From positions 320,001 through 384,000 of the forward strand of contig OY776215.1 in assembly GCA_963675495.1 (NCBI GenBank): a stretch of DNA of 64,000 nucleotides. Reading direction: 5' to 3'. Both the position numbers and the translations under genes were made by a program. Below, in pieces: positions 10,944 to 22,700 of the stretch. Origin of the DNA: an uncultured Methanolobus sp. (GTDB lineage: Archaea; Halobacteriota; Methanosarcinia; Methanosarcinales; Methanosarcinaceae). The notes under the pieces were generated by a model that worked only from the letters and a program-made list of their open reading frames with translations, was not told where the DNA came from and ran no database searches. Within the stretch, counting starts at the first letter, position 1. Each line of letters opens with the position of its first letter.

Positions 10944-13409
10944 ATGCATAGCAATAAACCATTAACCTGTACACCCCCTGAGATCCTGGCACCTGCCGGT
11001 GACCCGGAAGCCCTGAGAGCCGCTATTAAAGGAGGAGCAGATGCTGTTTACCTTGGGGTTGGGCAGTTAAATGCCCGCCAGGGTGCAAATAATTTTTCCG
11101 TAGAGGAACTCAGGGACAATATCGACCTTGCACATACCTATGGAGTTAAGGTGTTCATCGCCCTTAACATTCCACTCAAGCAACATGAGATTCAAGAGGC
11201 CATAGATATTGTTCATAAGGCATACGCATACAATATAGATGCCATTATACTGGAAGACCTGGGTCTTTTCTTTCTACTAAAAGAGCATTTCCCGGACCTT
11301 CCACTACATGCAAGTACCCAGATGACTATCCACAACCCACAAGGTGTTGATTTTATCGGTGATGCGGGTGCTTCAAGAGTCATACTTTCAAGGGAATTAA
11401 CTACGGAACAGGTCAAGAGTATCATCGACAAGACATCCGTGGAAATAGAACTCTTCGTTCATGGAGCACTTTGTTATTCATTTTCAGGCCGATGCCTGTT
11501 CAGTACTGCCATAACGGACAGAAGCGCAAATAGAGGCGCATGTTTCCAGCCTTGCAGAAGACCCTATAAACTGTCAGTAAACGGGCAAATTATAGATAAT
11601 AAACTGGTAGGCGACTATCCAATAAGCTGTGCAGAACTATGTACCTTTCCGGGGCTTAAAGACATTATAAATACCGGTGTCAAAAGCCTGAAAATTGAAG
11701 GCAGGATGAAAAAACCGGAATATGTGACTGCTAGTGCCAGAACCTACAAAACCGTTGCAGAAAAAATATGCGATACAGGTGAGAATTTCAGCGCAGAAGA
11801 ACTGGAAGAAATGGAGAACGAACTTGCAAAACTGTTCTATAGGGGCTTTACACGGGGTTTTGTGCTTGATGAAAAAGATGTTACACAACGCAAATACAGT
11901 GCCAATTACGGTGCCTATCTGGGAATAGTGGATAATATAACTAAGTCCAGCCAAGAAGGTGAACTAACAATCACACCTCTTCATGATATAAAAGTAAATG
12001 ATGGCATCAGCATAAATACTCGCATAAGAATAATAGGTTGCCGTGTTCATGGCATTCTTGTTAATGGTGAGACGGTACAGATCGCCAGGAAAGGAGAAAA
12101 AGCTACCCTGCTGATAAGTGCAAAGACCAGCAAGTCCATAAGAAAGCACGATGAGGTCTATGTGTCCACCGACCCTCAATTACTTGAAAGCTTACATAAC
12201 ATTGAGCTTCAAACCACCCCCCTGGTGATCACAATTCATGCAAGAAAGGGAGAAAAACTGCATATCAACGTGAAAAGCAGAAGTATGGAAACTGAAGCCA
12301 CCAGTGATTACATAGTTCAGGAAGCAAAAAGTTCCCCTACAAGCAAGGAGCAAATTATAGCAACTCTTGGAAAACTCGGTGATACAACTTTCCATGTAGA
12401 AGATATAGTTCTGGACGTTGACGATAATATTTTTATTCCCCTTGGAGCACTTTCAGGCACAAGAAGAGAAGCAGTTGAAGAACTGTTCAATTCCAGATTC
12501 CCCAGAGAGGGTAGGAACCGCAGTTGTCCCACAGTTTCCACAGGATATAAGCGGGAGATAAGCAAAGGGGAATCAAAAGCACCTTTGTTAAGTGTTGAGG
12601 TTTCAGAGATCGATTCGATTTTTACCGCATCCAAATCCGGTGCTGATATTGTTTATGCACCTATCCACCTGTTCACTGAACTGATGAATGAAGACAATAT
12701 TCTCAGGACTAATGGCCTAAAGGAAAAGGACGTGGAGTTTGTCCTGATAACACCACAGGTGAGTTTTGAAGAGGAAATGCCTGCTCTAAAGGAACTGATG
12801 CAGCAGGTTACAGATGCAGGTTTCAAACTTGCATGTTCTAATTTCGGAACTGTCCGACTGGCAAATGAACTGGACGCAGCTTTTGTTGCCCAGAAAGAGT
12901 TCAATACCTTCAATGCGTACACAACAAATGCATTCCGAACATCCGGTGCTTACCGTGTTACACTTTCAAGTGAACTGAACCTTGAAGAAACACAGGAGGT
13001 TTGCATTAACGCAGACCCTCACATACAGATAGAGATCATGGCCCATGGACGTGAACTTCTGCTGGTGACAAAGAATGACCTGTTAGGTCCTCTCATTGAT
13101 GACGGGACGATCGAAGCTGACAGTGAAGTGCTGCTTGTGGATAACAGCAAAGGCTCATTCCCGGTGAAGCGCGTAGGTGCACGTACCCTTATCTATAATT
13201 CAACTGTCCTGAACATGGTAGAGGAAATTGACAAACTTTGTACATCAGGTGCTGATGTTTTAAGACTTGACCTTTCCCTGTATGGAAAAGCAGACGTAAA
13301 GGACATTACACGTAATTACAGAAGAGCACTTGATGGTAAACAGATAAAGTTGAAGTCCTCAAGGGATGAGGAATACGATCAGGGACATTATTTCAAAGGC
13401 GTACTATAA
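10944..13409 (+). CDS. U32 family protein (RlhA-like RNA hydroxylase) with C-terminal DUF3656-type region
   Basis: EILAPAG, HASTQMT, RVILSREL, HGALCYSFSGRC, NRGACFQPCR, KIEGRMK; start placed at ATG 10944. Confidence 0.88.
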   Translation: MHSNKPLTCTPPEILAPAGDPEALRAAIKGGADAVYLGVGQLNARQGANNFSVEELRDNIDLAHTYGVKVFIALNIPLKQHEIQEAIDIVHKAYAYNIDAIILEDLGLFFLLKEHFPDLPLHASTQMTIHNPQGVDFIGDAGASRVILSRELTTEQVKSIIDKTSVEIELFVHGALCYSFSGRCLFSTAITDRSANRGACFQPCRRPYKLSVNGQIIDNKLVGDYPISCAELCTFPGLKDIINTGVKSLKIEGRMKKPEYVTASARTYKTVAEKICDTGENFSAEELEEMENELAKLFYRGFTRGFVLDEKDVTQRKYSANYGAYLGIVDNITKSSQEGELTITPLHDIKVNDGISINTRIRIIGCRVHGILVNGETVQIARKGEKATLLISAKTSKSIRKHDEVYVSTDPQLLESLHNIELQTTPLVITIHARKGEKLHINVKSRSMETEATSDYIVQEAKSSPTSKEQIIATLGKLGDTTFHVEDIVLDVDDNIFIPLGALSGTRREAVEELFNSRFPREGRNRSCPTVSTGYKREISKGESKAPLLSVEVSEIDSIFTASKSGADIVYAPIHLFTELMNEDNILRTNGLKEKDVEFVLITPQVSFEEEMPALKELMQQVTDAGFKLACSNFGTVRLANELDAAFVAQKEFNTFNAYTTNAFRTSGAYRVTLSSELNLEETQEVCINADPHIQIEIMAHGRELLLVTKNDLLGPLIDDGTIEADSEVLLVDNSKGSFPVKRVGARTLIYNSTVLNMVEEIDKLCTSGADVLRLDLSLYGKADVKDITRNYRRALDGKQIKLKSSRDEEYDQGHYFKGVL

Positions 13410-13451
13410 ATCGGCATATTAGCTAAACTAACAACGAGTTCAGGTAAGAAT

Positions 13452-13817
13452 ATGGCAAGAGAACTTTCCCCTAAAGATATAGTAGTGTTGAAAAAGGTCG
13501 CTCCTGAGTGTGCAGGACTTGAATGTGCAGGTTCAAAAGCACCATACAAGTCTATACTACCACCTCTTGCAAACCATTATGCAAAAAATGAAGAGGACTT
13601 TAAGACCCGTCTTTCAGCTCTGGATGACGAGGATCTGGAATACCTTTTATCGCTTATAAGAACAGGTGAAGAGAGCCTGGGATGTGTGCAAGCTCATTAC
13701 ATGAAACTTTTTCTAGAGCTGATCGAAGAAAGGATGGGCACGGAAATTGCAGAGGAGATCATGGCAATATACACGAAATGGAACGAGTGTAAAAATATTA
13801 CCGATATCAGCTTTTGA
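13452..13817 (+). CDS. Conserved hypothetical small Cys-containing protein
   Basis: 121-aa ORF (APEC..LEC, SILPPLANHYA, GEESLGC). Confidence 0.8.
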   Translation: MARELSPKDIVVLKKVAPECAGLECAGSKAPYKSILPPLANHYAKNEEDFKTRLSALDDEDLEYLLSLIRTGEESLGCVQAHYMKLFLELIEERMGTEIAEEIMAIYTKWNECKNITDISF

Positions 13818-14586
13818 TGAGTTTCTCATGAAGCTCAGCCATTCCTTTTAGAGTGACATGACCTTTTCTAGTAATCATATAATCTCCCCGCTCGGTTCTC
13901 TGCAGAACCATACCAGTGTCCAGCAATTTCTGAATATGGAAAAGAAGATTTCCTCCACGCAGGCCAGTTATCTTTGAGAGTTCAGAAAAGCTTTTTGTAT
14001 CAGAGTTCACTGATTTGAGAATTGCCAGGCGTTGCTTATTAGCAAGAGGCTCACATACTTCCGTGACAATATCATCTGATATGGTACTGATGTCTATGAT
14101 GACCCCGTTGCTCAAATCTTCATTGTGGGTCCTGTTGAATGAGCGTATCAGTTCCATCTGTTTGTCAAATATAATAGACACACTCTTTATGCAGCTATCA
14201 CAATTATCAGTAACAGCGAAACTTTTAAGCTCATTGAAACGTTCCTGGAACAAAACAAGAGACTCTTCAGTAACTTTATCTTCCATAAGAAGCAAGGCTA
14301 GTTCCTGAAAGAGGTCTATGAATGCAGTTTTACAGACATCTTTGTTATCGCATTCCATACAAAAGTTGTCTTGGACTGTCTTTTTTGTATCCTCAAGCAT
14401 ATAGTGTATGACAGGTCGTGACAGATCACCTTTCATTTCCATGAACATGGCATCCATGTTACGGTTATTAGAGCGTTCAAGTACTCTGTTAACATCCTTT
14501 TTTAAGGAAATTATCTCGGACCGCAGGCTTTCAAATTCCTGCAAATACATACCGTTCTGATCATCATTCATGATTTCGCTGCTCAT
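13807..14586 (-). CDS. Transcriptional regulator with C-terminal winged HTH (ArsR-like) and Cys-rich N-terminal domain
   Basis: PLANKQRLAILK...KSFSELSKITGLRGGNLLFHIQKL...GDYMIT; CxxC motifs upstream. Confidence 0.85.
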   Translation of the reverse strand: MSSEIMNDDQNGMYLQEFESLRSEIISLKKDVNRVLERSNNRNMDAMFMEMKGDLSRPVIHYMLEDTKKTVQDNFCMECDNKDVCKTAFIDLFQELALLLMEDKVTEESLVLFQERFNELKSFAVTDNCDSCIKSVSIIFDKQMELIRSFNRTHNEDLSNGVIIDISTISDDIVTEVCEPLANKQRLAILKSVNSDTKSFSELSKITGLRGGNLLFHIQKLLDTGMVLQRTERGDYMITRKGHVTLKGMAELHEKLIKS

Positions 14587-14787
14587 AATGAATACCTTTT
14601 CTATTTACAATGGATTGTATACAATTATAACATGAAACTATATTAATCTATACTGAACTGGATTACGACTTTATATCTAGTACTTGAAAGAGGAACACAA
14701 GCAAACATGTATATAGATAAAAGTTATACGCATGTAAGAAGGCTATATAGCGATTACTTGTTAATAATTAAAAAAGGAAGAGACAAT

Positions 14788-15996
14788 TTGATTTGCTCAA
14801 TACTGGACAATGATCTTTATAAACTTACAATGCAGATGGCTATCCTTGAGCTTTTTCCACAAGCATCTGCAGAATATCGTTTCACCAACCGAGGTGAACA
14901 ACGTTTCACAAAGCAATTTGTTGAAGAACTCAGAAGGATCATTGATGAAGACATACCAAAACTCCGTTTGACAGAGGATGAATACACATGGTTGAGGGAT
15001 GAGTGTCCGTACTTCAAACCCAGTTATGTCGAGTATCTCAAAAATTATCGTTTTGATCCATCAGAAGTAAGTGTGCGATTAAATGAAGATGCTGATCTTG
15101 ATCTGGCTATAAAGGGTCCATGGCACAGCAGTATTCTGTGGGAAATAATCCTCATGGCTACGGTTTCAGAACTCTATTTCAAGATGATAGAAACAGACTG
15201 GACAGATTCAGAATACGGCAATGGTTCGGGTTATAATAATCTCTTGAATGAGTATGAAAAGCTTATGATAAGCAATGCCAAAGAGCTTGAGCATAACAGT
15301 TGTGGTTTTTCAGAGTTTGGAACACGTCGGAGGCGAAGTTTTGAGATACATGACCTTGCCGTCAGGATACTTCATAAATGTAAAACATTCACTGGCACAA
15401 GTAACGTGTACCTTGCTAAAAAATATGGTGTCAAACCAACAGGCACTATTGGCCATGAATGGATAATGGGAACTTCAGCACTTATAGGACTGCGCAATGC
15501 AAATCTGTTCGCATTGGAGAGTTGGGTCGATGTTTACAAGGGAAATCTGGGAATTGCACTTTCTGATACATTTGGCTCAGAACCATTTTTCAGAAATTTC
15601 AATCTGAAACTTTCCAAGTTGTATGATGGTGTTCGCCATGATAGTGGAGATCCCCTGAAATTTGCCGACAGGGTCATACAGCACTATGAAAAAATGGGCA
15701 TAGACCCACTGACAAAAGTTGTTGTTTTCAGTGACTCACTTTCTGCTTCAGATGCAATAGAGATAAAAAAGAAGTGTGAAAGTCGGATTAACTGCATATT
15801 CGGAATTGGGACAAGCATCACCAATAATCATGAGTTCTTCAGGTCCAGTCCGCCTCTTAATATGGTAATAAAACTTCACAGCATTAATGATATACCTGTA
15901 GTGAAGTTAAGTGATGATGAAGGAAAAGAAACCGGGAATAAAGATGCTATCAGAGTGGCGAACTACATTTTTGGGCGTAAAGGACTTGATGAATAA
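14788..15996 (+). CDS. pncB: Nicotinate phosphoribosyltransferase
   Basis: [48 protein letters not shown]; start placed at TTG 14788. Confidence 0.95.
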   Translation: MICSILDNDLYKLTMQMAILELFPQASAEYRFTNRGEQRFTKQFVEELRRIIDEDIPKLRLTEDEYTWLRDECPYFKPSYVEYLKNYRFDPSEVSVRLNEDADLDLAIKGPWHSSILWEIILMATVSELYFKMIETDWTDSEYGNGSGYNNLLNEYEKLMISNAKELEHNSCGFSEFGTRRRRSFEIHDLAVRILHKCKTFTGTSNVYLAKKYGVKPTGTIGHEWIMGTSALIGLRNANLFALESWVDVYKGNLGIALSDTFGSEPFFRNFNLKLSKLYDGVRHDSGDPLKFADRVIQHYEKMGIDPLTKVVVFSDSLSASDAIEIKKKCESRINCIFGIGTSITNNHEFFRSSPPLNMVIKLHSINDIPVVKLSDDEGKETGNKDAIRVANYIFGRKGLDE

Positions 15997-16706
15997 TTTA
16001 AATTTCTGCTGTGCTAAATTATTTGGGTTAAATGGGAAATAAGCCCAAGTGAGATTATCAGGACCAGATACAAAAGAAATAGAATGGAAATTCTCTTTAT
16101 TTCAATAGATGCGCTTTTCTTCATATTATTTTACCAGTGGCCTAACTGGTTATTAAATATACAAACATTCTGAATTAATAATAACATATGTGCAATATTT
16201 CCATAAGTATTCTATTTTATAATAGTCAGTACTAAAATATATTAATACATACATTGTGACATTCTAAAATAGAATAATCAGATATGAACGATATGGGGGG
16301 TTTAACCCCCCTAAAGACAATAACCCATCAACAAACATAGACCTGAGCCTCCGCCCATACTCCACTTGCGTTTTTAAGGATAAATGCGGATTTGTAGATA
16401 TTACCTTTAAATAAGGTAAAGTCTGAGGGGATAATTCGATGAAACCGAGATCTCCGCATTCACACTTTTTCGTTTTTCCGTTTTTCATATGTTTGTTGAG
16501 TAAAAAGTAGTACTTTTTTAAACTATATGAATATATCTATATTTAGATATATCATCATAATGATGATATTTGATTTTAAGAGAAAACTCAATCAATGATA
16601 GAGATTGAGAAATGAACCGATTTAATCAGATACAAAAGTACCTTTACTCGAATTTGAAGTTTCCAGATAGAGAAAAAATAGAAATGAAATAGTGAATCAT
16701 TTCATT

Positions 16707-17255
16707 TCACTTTTTATTTTTTCGCTTGATTACAAACAACGCCATGATGAGTGCGCTTATTGCAAGTATACCGGCACCACCATAACCGGCATCCTCAGTC
16801 TTATCGGTAACACTAAAGGTTCCATCCATGGTTGTTGTGATTACTTCAACCCGTTCTATATCATGCACTGAAACCTCCTTAAGTACCAGGGTACTTGATG
16901 AACCAATATCGCCAATCACTTCAAAAGAGACAACTACAATCGGGCCATTGCCACTAATTCCCGATGCATCTGCCAAAGCTATGATGACCTCGCCATCATC
17001 AACCGTATTTGACTCAATATACGCATTTATCCCAAGTTCACCTGTGTCGACACCTGTAGCTTGCAATACCCCTGCATCGTAGCTCATAATAATGTCCATA
17101 CTTCCAACGTTTGTTGCGCTTTCAAGTTCTATTGGAACCTCTACAATGGCCCCATTCTCACCCGTAATGTCACCCACAATAACAGTCGAACTACTCGCTG
17201 ATGCAAGCGATATCAGAAATACCAAACTAACCAACATTAAAGCTTTTCTCATCAT
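16707..17255 (-). CDS. Membrane-anchored cohesin domain protein
   Basis: Signal peptide; cohesin pattern (VEVPIEL..ATNVGSMDIIMSYDAGVL...GISGNGPIVVVSFEV); C-terminal TM + basic tail. Confidence 0.85.
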   Translation of the reverse strand: MMRKALMLVSLVFLISLASASSSTVIVGDITGENGAIVEVPIELESATNVGSMDIIMSYDAGVLQATGVDTGELGINAYIESNTVDDGEVIIALADASGISGNGPIVVVSFEVIGDIGSSSTLVLKEVSVHDIERVEVITTTMDGTFSVTDKTEDAGYGGAGILAISALIMALFVIKRKNKK

Positions 17256-17270
17256 TTCACCTCCTTGTTT

Positions 17271-19232
17271 TTATTCTTCTCCTACGACATTCTTCAAAAT
17301 ACTTCTAGCATCAAAAGAGGTCACACTTCCGTCTTCATTTACATCCATTGCAAGGTCTTCTGGAATCTTACCTACAGACATTTGAAGTGCATAAAGTGCA
17401 TCAAGAGCTGTGTAAACCCCATCCCCATCAGCATCGCCTATACCATCTTCCATGCTTATCACATTGAATAGACCATCATAAGTTTGAATCTCCACAGCTT
17501 CATCATCATCCCTGTTAGCTGTGATAGTGGTTATCTCAAGATTCGAAGAGGTTCCTTCTGATCCGATAACACTGAAATTAACATAGGCTATTGATCCGTC
17601 CCCACCAAATCCATTCTTATCAGCCAGACTTACCTTTATAGTCCCGTCCAAAATATTGTAATCGAACAGGGAATTTGTTGTTAAACCACCTTTGATGACC
17701 TCAGTGGCTTCAAGGACAGAGGAATCATAGCTCAGAGACATATCCATGTTTCCGATATTTTCATACATTCCCTTCAGTGTCAATGGTATCTGTACACTGC
17801 TCCCGCTTGATTTACTACGGGATTCAAAGATCAAACCCGAGACTTCAATCGTGGACGGAGGTGTAATATCAACTGTTGAAGGAGGTATGCCATCCCCTGT
17901 TGATTGAACTGTTTCCCCTTCATAGAGAGAATCAATTTCATTCTGACTGAGTGCGTAGTTGTAGATTCTCACTTCATCTATAACACCATCAAAATACGCA
18001 CCAAACGAAGGATTTGAACCAATATTGATTGTATCCCATCCCGGTCCAAGACTGCCTTCTTCTTCATACATGGTGCCATCCACATATAGCTTCACAGTCT
18101 CTGTGTCCTGATCATAGACCACTGCCAAGAATGTCCATTTATCAGTTGTGACAGTATGATATCCCAGAACACCTCCAGAGCCACTAAATGCTGACCAACC
18201 GAGTCCACCGCCACGTGTATCGATATCTATTGTACGATCATATCTTCCATTATCATGTGAAATGACGGTTGCTCTTGAATCACTGTCTGATTTCACCCAG
18301 AGTGCCATAGTTACTTGTGACATTACATCTGGATTTATGTTAATAGGTAAGGAAACATAGTCAGCCTTACCATCAAAATCAAGAGCATTTCCGCTAATTC
18401 CTGAAACAATGGTAGCACCGTTGTTTGTTCCATCATTTCCATTTCCCGAATAGTCCATTGTGTCTCCATCAAATGGATAATACGCTACAAGTCCCGACTC
18501 TGAGCTTGATGAGTCAACAGGCGTTGATGCAATATTTTCAGTAGAGGGCTCTATATCCCCTTCATAGATGGAGTTTATCTCACTCTGGCTGAGTGCATAA
18601 TTGTATATTCTTACCTCATCTATGACACCATCAAAATTTGCACCATACGATGGATTGGAGCCAATATTGATTGCATTCCATCCCGTTCCAAGGCTGCCCT
18701 CTTCTTCATACATGGCATCATCTACATAGAGTTTCACAGTGCCTGCATCCTGATCATAGACCACTGCAAGAAATGTCCATTTATCAGTTGTGACTGACTG
18801 ATGCCCCAGAACTGCTCCTGAACCACTAAATGCTGACCAACCAAGTCCTCCACCGCGTGCATCGATATCTATTGTACGATCATATCCTCCATTATCATGT
18901 GAAATGACCGTACCTCTTGAATCACTGTCTGATTTTACCCAGAGTGCCATAGTTACTTGTGGCATTACATCTGAATTTATATTGATTGGTGCGGAAACAT
19001 AGTCATCCATACCATCAAAATCAAGCGCATTCCCACTCATTCCCGAGACAAAGGTGGCACCATTGTTCGTTCCATCATTTCCATTTCCTGAATGGTCCAT
19101 TGTGTCTCCATCAAATGGATAATATGCCACAAGTCCCGATTCAGATACTGCAGATGCAGTTGTTGCAGATATTAAGACCAATAATAACCCAATAACTACA
19201 AAACTAAATATTTTATTGTAGTAACACTTCAT
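17271..19232 (-). CDS. Secreted LamG-LamG-cohesin-dockerin protein
   Basis: Two GLVAYYPFDG...FDGVIDEVRIYNYALS LamG-like domains, a cohesin (VQIPLTL..IGNMDMSLSYD), and a C-terminal duplicated Ca-loop dockerin (GDADGDGVYTALDA / DVNEDGSVTSFDA). Confidence 0.88.
   Translation of the reverse strand: MKCYYNKIFSFVVIGLLLVLISATTASAVSESGLVAYYPFDGDTMDHSGNGNDGTNNGATFVSGMSGNALDFDGMDDYVSAPININSDVMPQVTMALWVKSDSDSRGTVISHDNGGYDRTIDIDARGGGLGWSAFSGSGAVLGHQSVTTDKWTFLAVVYDQDAGTVKLYVDDAMYEEEGSLGTGWNAINIGSNPSYGANFDGVIDEVRIYNYALSQSEINSIYEGDIEPSTENIASTPVDSSSSESGLVAYYPFDGDTMDYSGNGNDGTNNGATIVSGISGNALDFDGKADYVSLPININPDVMSQVTMALWVKSDSDSRATVISHDNGRYDRTIDIDTRGGGLGWSAFSGSGGVLGYHTVTTDKWTFLAVVYDQDTETVKLYVDGTMYEEEGSLGPGWDTINIGSNPSFGAYFDGVIDEVRIYNYALSQNEIDSLYEGETVQSTGDGIPPSTVDITPPSTIEVSGLIFESRSKSSGSSVQIPLTLKGMYENIGNMDMSLSYDSSVLEATEVIKGGLTTNSLFDYNILDGTIKVSLADKNGFGGDGSIAYVNFSVIGSEGTSSNLEITTITANRDDDEAVEIQTYDGLFNVISMEDGIGDADGDGVYTALDALYALQMSVGKIPEDLAMDVNEDGSVTSFDARSILKNVVGEE
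17917..19142 (-). repeat. Intragenic duplication of the LamG domain (about 17917-18500 and 18559-19142)
   Basis: Long stretches of near-identical DNA at an offset of about 642 bp. Confidence 0.9.
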
Positions 19233-19795
19233 TCTTACACCTCTTTAAATATTACCAGTTCCATAATCCCGTTTTGAAATTAAGAATCAATATCAATGTT
19301 TTTGTTGAGAAGGGCAAAGCTCAGACATCCCCATATGAACAAAGTTAATACTATATAGACGACAAAAACAAAGTAACGCCAGCTTTATGATGTGTCCAAC
19401 ACCAAGATCAATGAGATTATACCCCCAATTTAAACATTTAAAGTTCCCTACAAAAAGGCAGGTGTCGGATTAATATAAGTTTATCGATTTTTTCACTGAG
19501 GTTTTTATATTTAATTTTTTTAATAAAATAAAAAGCACATGGTTTTGAAACATCTAATTTGAATGAAGAAAAGGAAGTAATTGCATGCTCTCACAACCAT
19601 AAATGAGAAGGTAATTGCGCATGACAATAGAGATTAGTAACTTAGAACAAAATAAATCCCCATGATATAAGCTATATTTCAGTGTTATTGTGCAGTGTTC
19701 TTATTTTCGCAGATAGATACGAATTCATAAGGACTTATTTTAAAAAAATAGATTTACAGACAGGATTTTTGGAAAATATGAGTTGAAACGGAGTT

Positions 19796-22700
19796 TTAAC
19801 TCCGTTTCCTGTATACCATATATGCACCTGCGAGAACGATAGATATTCCCCCCATAATCTGCATGATGGCAATAAAACCATTATCATCTGTCTTTTCAGG
19901 AAGAACATAAGCTGCAACAACATCTGTATCTTCTATGGATTTCAGGCTATCTTCTATCAAAATCTCTGTTGCTTTGCTTTCAGATCCAATCGCAAACGGT
20001 GAAAAGCCTGGTGTCTGGCTTTCGAAGTACACATATTCATCATCTTCTTTTGTCACATAGGTAGAAAGAATATTCCATTTATCATCTGAATACCTGTACA
20101 ACTTTACTGTCTCTGCTCCAATATTGTTCTTATTCAACCATGCTTTTTCTACTTTGAAATCGATGAGCAGGTCTTCAACATTATCCGGACTAACAAAACC
20201 AGTCTTACCAACCCAGATATTCATCTGCTGGTAAACTTCCCCGGGTGCATCTAGCTCTGCAAACGATGACCTGTTGCTAAGAATTTCAATGGTTGCCTGT
20301 ATCTTACCAGAATTTTTCAAAGAATCAAATTGAATTGATGATATAGCATTGCCCTCTTCCTTAAACTCGTAATTGATATGGGATCCTGAATTAATGAAGA
20401 TGCTCTGCACCTCTTTTACAAGAATATTCTCATAGGTCTCACCGGTAGCGCCACCCCCACCTCCTCCACCACCGGAAGAAGAAGTGGTAGAAACTGTTGT
20501 AATTGTATCAGGCAGTCCCTTTATGGAATAAGTTGGCTCATCAGCAGCATATTCATGCACGAACACATTTTTTATTTTTAGCATACCTGTCTGATAATGT
20601 GCTGTGAAATGTGACAAACGAAGCGTTCCAGATGTATTTTCAAAGTTTCCAGGAATATTGAATTGCTCCACACCATCTGTACAAATTGCAACATTTGAAT
20701 CACCTAACTTGAATATCATTTGAGCCCAGGCATTTGATGGCATCAAGGAAACATTGGTGTTATGGTAAAGATCATCAGGGGTGCCTGATGTAAAATACCT
20801 CACAAGCGTATTGGTGGGGTCATTCGGTTGGTGTGAATCATAGTACCATCCATCAGTAGCAAGCTTATATGAACCGAAGTAACCGGTACCATAAAACAAA
20901 TCAGCATATGGATAACCACTAACTGGAGAGTAATAGTAATCGGCCTGAACAACTATGGGTCCATCAAAACTAACTGCAGACTCTAAAACATTACCTGTAT
21001 TTATTGGTCCAGCCAAAAGTGTAGACGTATAAATTCCATCTGATACAGAGTGGGAAGCAGCACCATACTCAGTCTTTATCCATTTAGTAGGATCAATGGA
21101 ATTACCTTCAAACATGTCGGCTAATAGCATGACACTGTCAATGTTTGATTCTGATGTTGCGTTCGGGTTTCCATAATACATTTTAATTGTAGAACCATTT
21201 GTTCCATCAATAACAGGAATTTTTACCCAAACTTTTGCAGAAACTGAATCGGTTTTATTTTCAATCCAATATGGTAGTAGAGCATCCCTCTCATCGACAA
21301 ACCTGAGATCATCAAAATCGGGTTGCATCTCTGACTCGTAAAGAATATCGAAATCCATCTGGTAATCTACTAAGGTTCCATCGGAAGAAGGAGATATACT
21401 GATGGTCTTGCTATTACTAAAATTTGAAGCGTTAATTGAATAGTAGTAATATAATGTATTAGCAGTATCCTGACTGGACAATACATTCAATATGCTGTAG
21501 GAATGCCAACCCCAACCTGATTTTTCCAGTTTAACATACCGCCAATGATTTTCAACAATGTACCATGGCGTGACAGAATGTCTGTAGGCATCTCCAGACC
21601 ATGAACATAACGTTGTCCACGTGGAACCATCATTTGACACTTTTATGTATTGAGTTGCTGCTGCAGTACCAAATGCAGCACGCAATTTGTATATATAGAC
21701 TGGTTCACCAAAATCTCTAATGACATAAGTAGACGCATCAGTTTTATAATATGCCTTGGTTCCGGTGCTGTTATCCAGTATATTCATCAAAGATCCTTCG
21801 TTAGGAGTTCTACTGGCAGTTATTGTACCGCCGGTGTCTAAACCTTCAATGAGATCAAATATAGAGAGAAGATCACTAACTGCTTCTTCATCTTCTGCAC
21901 ATTCGTAGATTATCGTATCACCATCATTCAGATCAAGCTTGAGTGTGACCACAGAGCTGTCAACATCATCACGATATTGAGGAATCTCATGCGTAAAATT
22001 TGAATCATAGTAGTAATGCAGATATTCGTATCCAGTAGCGTTAACAGGCAGGGTTCTGTAATTTAGTGTGTACTGGAAACCAGTTAGTGCACCATAAATA
22101 CCTGAATTGGAGATGACAATTGTCCTAACTGAACTTGGAGCAGCACAAATATTGGGTATTGAATAAGCAGGTTCATTCTTGGCATCTTTTTTCACATATA
22201 CCCAATCAGTCCATACCTTGGAATCATGATCAAAAATCGTATCCATTCTAGTATTAATTCCAATATTTAATGGTATTGAAGATACATTTTTCCCAGTAGA
22301 ATATACATCTCCATTTTCAAGAAAAGCGGATACATTTGAATCCCAAATAATATGCCAATTGTAGTATTCCTCCTGCAGTCCTGCGATATTACCCCAATGT
22401 TCACGTGTTGCTGATCCATTATTTTTTGCAAGAGTAGAATACACATCAGTTCTGTAATGATGAATAGCAGACATACTAGACAATGAAGGATTCATAAATC
22501 CAATATAACTATAACCCCATTCTTGATTTTTCAGACGTGATCTAAAAACAACTGAGTGAGGAATAGACGAATTAATCACCTGAGTAGAAAATACTTCAAC
22601 AGGGTTATCTAAATACAATACACCATTGGACACTGAATAAGTTCCAGTGCTTTGAAGATTTACAGACCATTTAGATGTATTTAGTGAAGTACCTTCAAAA

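Noticed and set aside
20448-20475. Poly-Gly/Ser coding tract
   Set aside because: Standard linker preceding PGF-pre-PGF domains, not a contingency repeat.
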